DNA of 63,923 bases, the filler included, from Reclinomonas americana ATCC 50394 (Eukaryota): assembly GCA_048213135.1 (NCBI GenBank). It is 6 parts of 5 records of this genome, joined end to end, with 100 filler letters (N's around TTAATTAATTAA, not from the genome) between each part and the next. Parts side by side here need not be neighbours in the genome. Positions count along the whole stretch, not along the records: positions 62,452 to 63,923 come from PS015422.1; 5 more parts are not named here. One strand, 5' to 3'. The position numbers and the translations under genes were made by a program. Shown piece after piece: positions 63,285-63,923 of the stretch. The notes under the pieces are model-generated. The model searched no databases. It was not told the origin of the DNA and saw only the letters and a program-made list of their open reading frames with translations. How positions within the stretch are numbered: position 1 is the stretch's first letter; every line of letters begins with the position of its first letter.

Positions 63285-63650
63285 AACTGCACAGGTGTTC
63301 ACGAATGCACTTGGAGAGTAAATAAGCAAGCAACTCGGAGCAAACAAGCAAGGAGCAACTTGGGGAGCATACAAGCAAGCAGCAGCTTGGGGAGCAAGCA
63401 AGCAAGCAGCAATTGCACCTGGAGAGCAAACAAGCAAGCCGCAACTGCACAGGCGCGCGGCACGAATGCACTTGGAGTGCAAGCAAGCTGCAACTTGGAG
63501 AGCAAACAAACAAGCAGGAATTGCACAGCTGGGCACGAATGCACTTGAAGAGCAAACAAGCAAGCAAGCTGCAACTTGGAGAGCAAAGAAGCAAGCACCA
63601 CTTGCACTTGCGGCACGAATTCGAACGCACTTGCAATTGGAAAGCACGTG
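63285..63650. repeat. Degenerate tandem repeat (acgaatgcacttggagagcaaacaagcaagc..)
   Basis: Multiple imperfect copies downstream of thioredoxin. Confidence 0.75.
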
Positions 63651-63923
63651 CACTGATCGATATCATGAACGTCGACATGACTTCTTGCAGTGTTCTCCAC
63701 CAAGCAACCTGCAAATTCGGCACTGCAGGGGAGAATGGCAGCTGCCTAACAGGTTACACTGCAAGGCACCACTCGAGTCCTCGACAATGAACGTCGTCCG
63801 CCGTCCAGTTGCCACGTGCACTTGATTGTCAGAGACAGAAAGAGCAGCATGGCCTCTGAGCACGGACAGCCTGAGCCAGGCGCGGTGAGTGAGCACGCCC
63901 CTATCCCCCCCTCTCTCTCTCTC

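Overview
Eukaryotic genomic DNA from an intron-rich, microsatellite-laden, probably flagellated protist (it carries a meckelin gene); the organism cannot be named from the sequence. The window is six scaffolds joined by artificial N-TTAATTAATTAA-N linkers, with many internal N gaps. Most ORF-track entries are microsatellite or N-gap artefacts, so genes were rebuilt by hand from splice sites and reading-frame phase. Recognisable genes: a dolichyl-pyrophosphate phosphatase, meckelin/TMEM67, a MOV10/SDE3-type RNA helicase, an SR-type RRM protein, thioredoxin and a CMGC (MAK-like) pseudokinase. The most interesting content looks immunity-related. (1) Two paralogous NLR-like STAND proteins have the architecture ubiquitin-like - putative HEPN RNase (RNxxxH) - NACHT - pentapeptide - 14 WD40, with hypervariable propeller residues; one also carries a duplicated N-terminal module lacking the RNxxxH motif. 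(2) A head-to-head gene pair shares a duplicated ankyrin module, fused in one gene to an IRAK/Pelle-like kinase and in the other to TPR plus an RBR E3 ligase, next to the MOV10-like gene. Also seen: 6-, 8-, 18- and 21-nt micro-exons, one GC-AG intron, two exons inverted relative to their genes, and a recurring C-rich to G-rich polarity around exons. All domain calls are by-eye motif recognition, not database searches.
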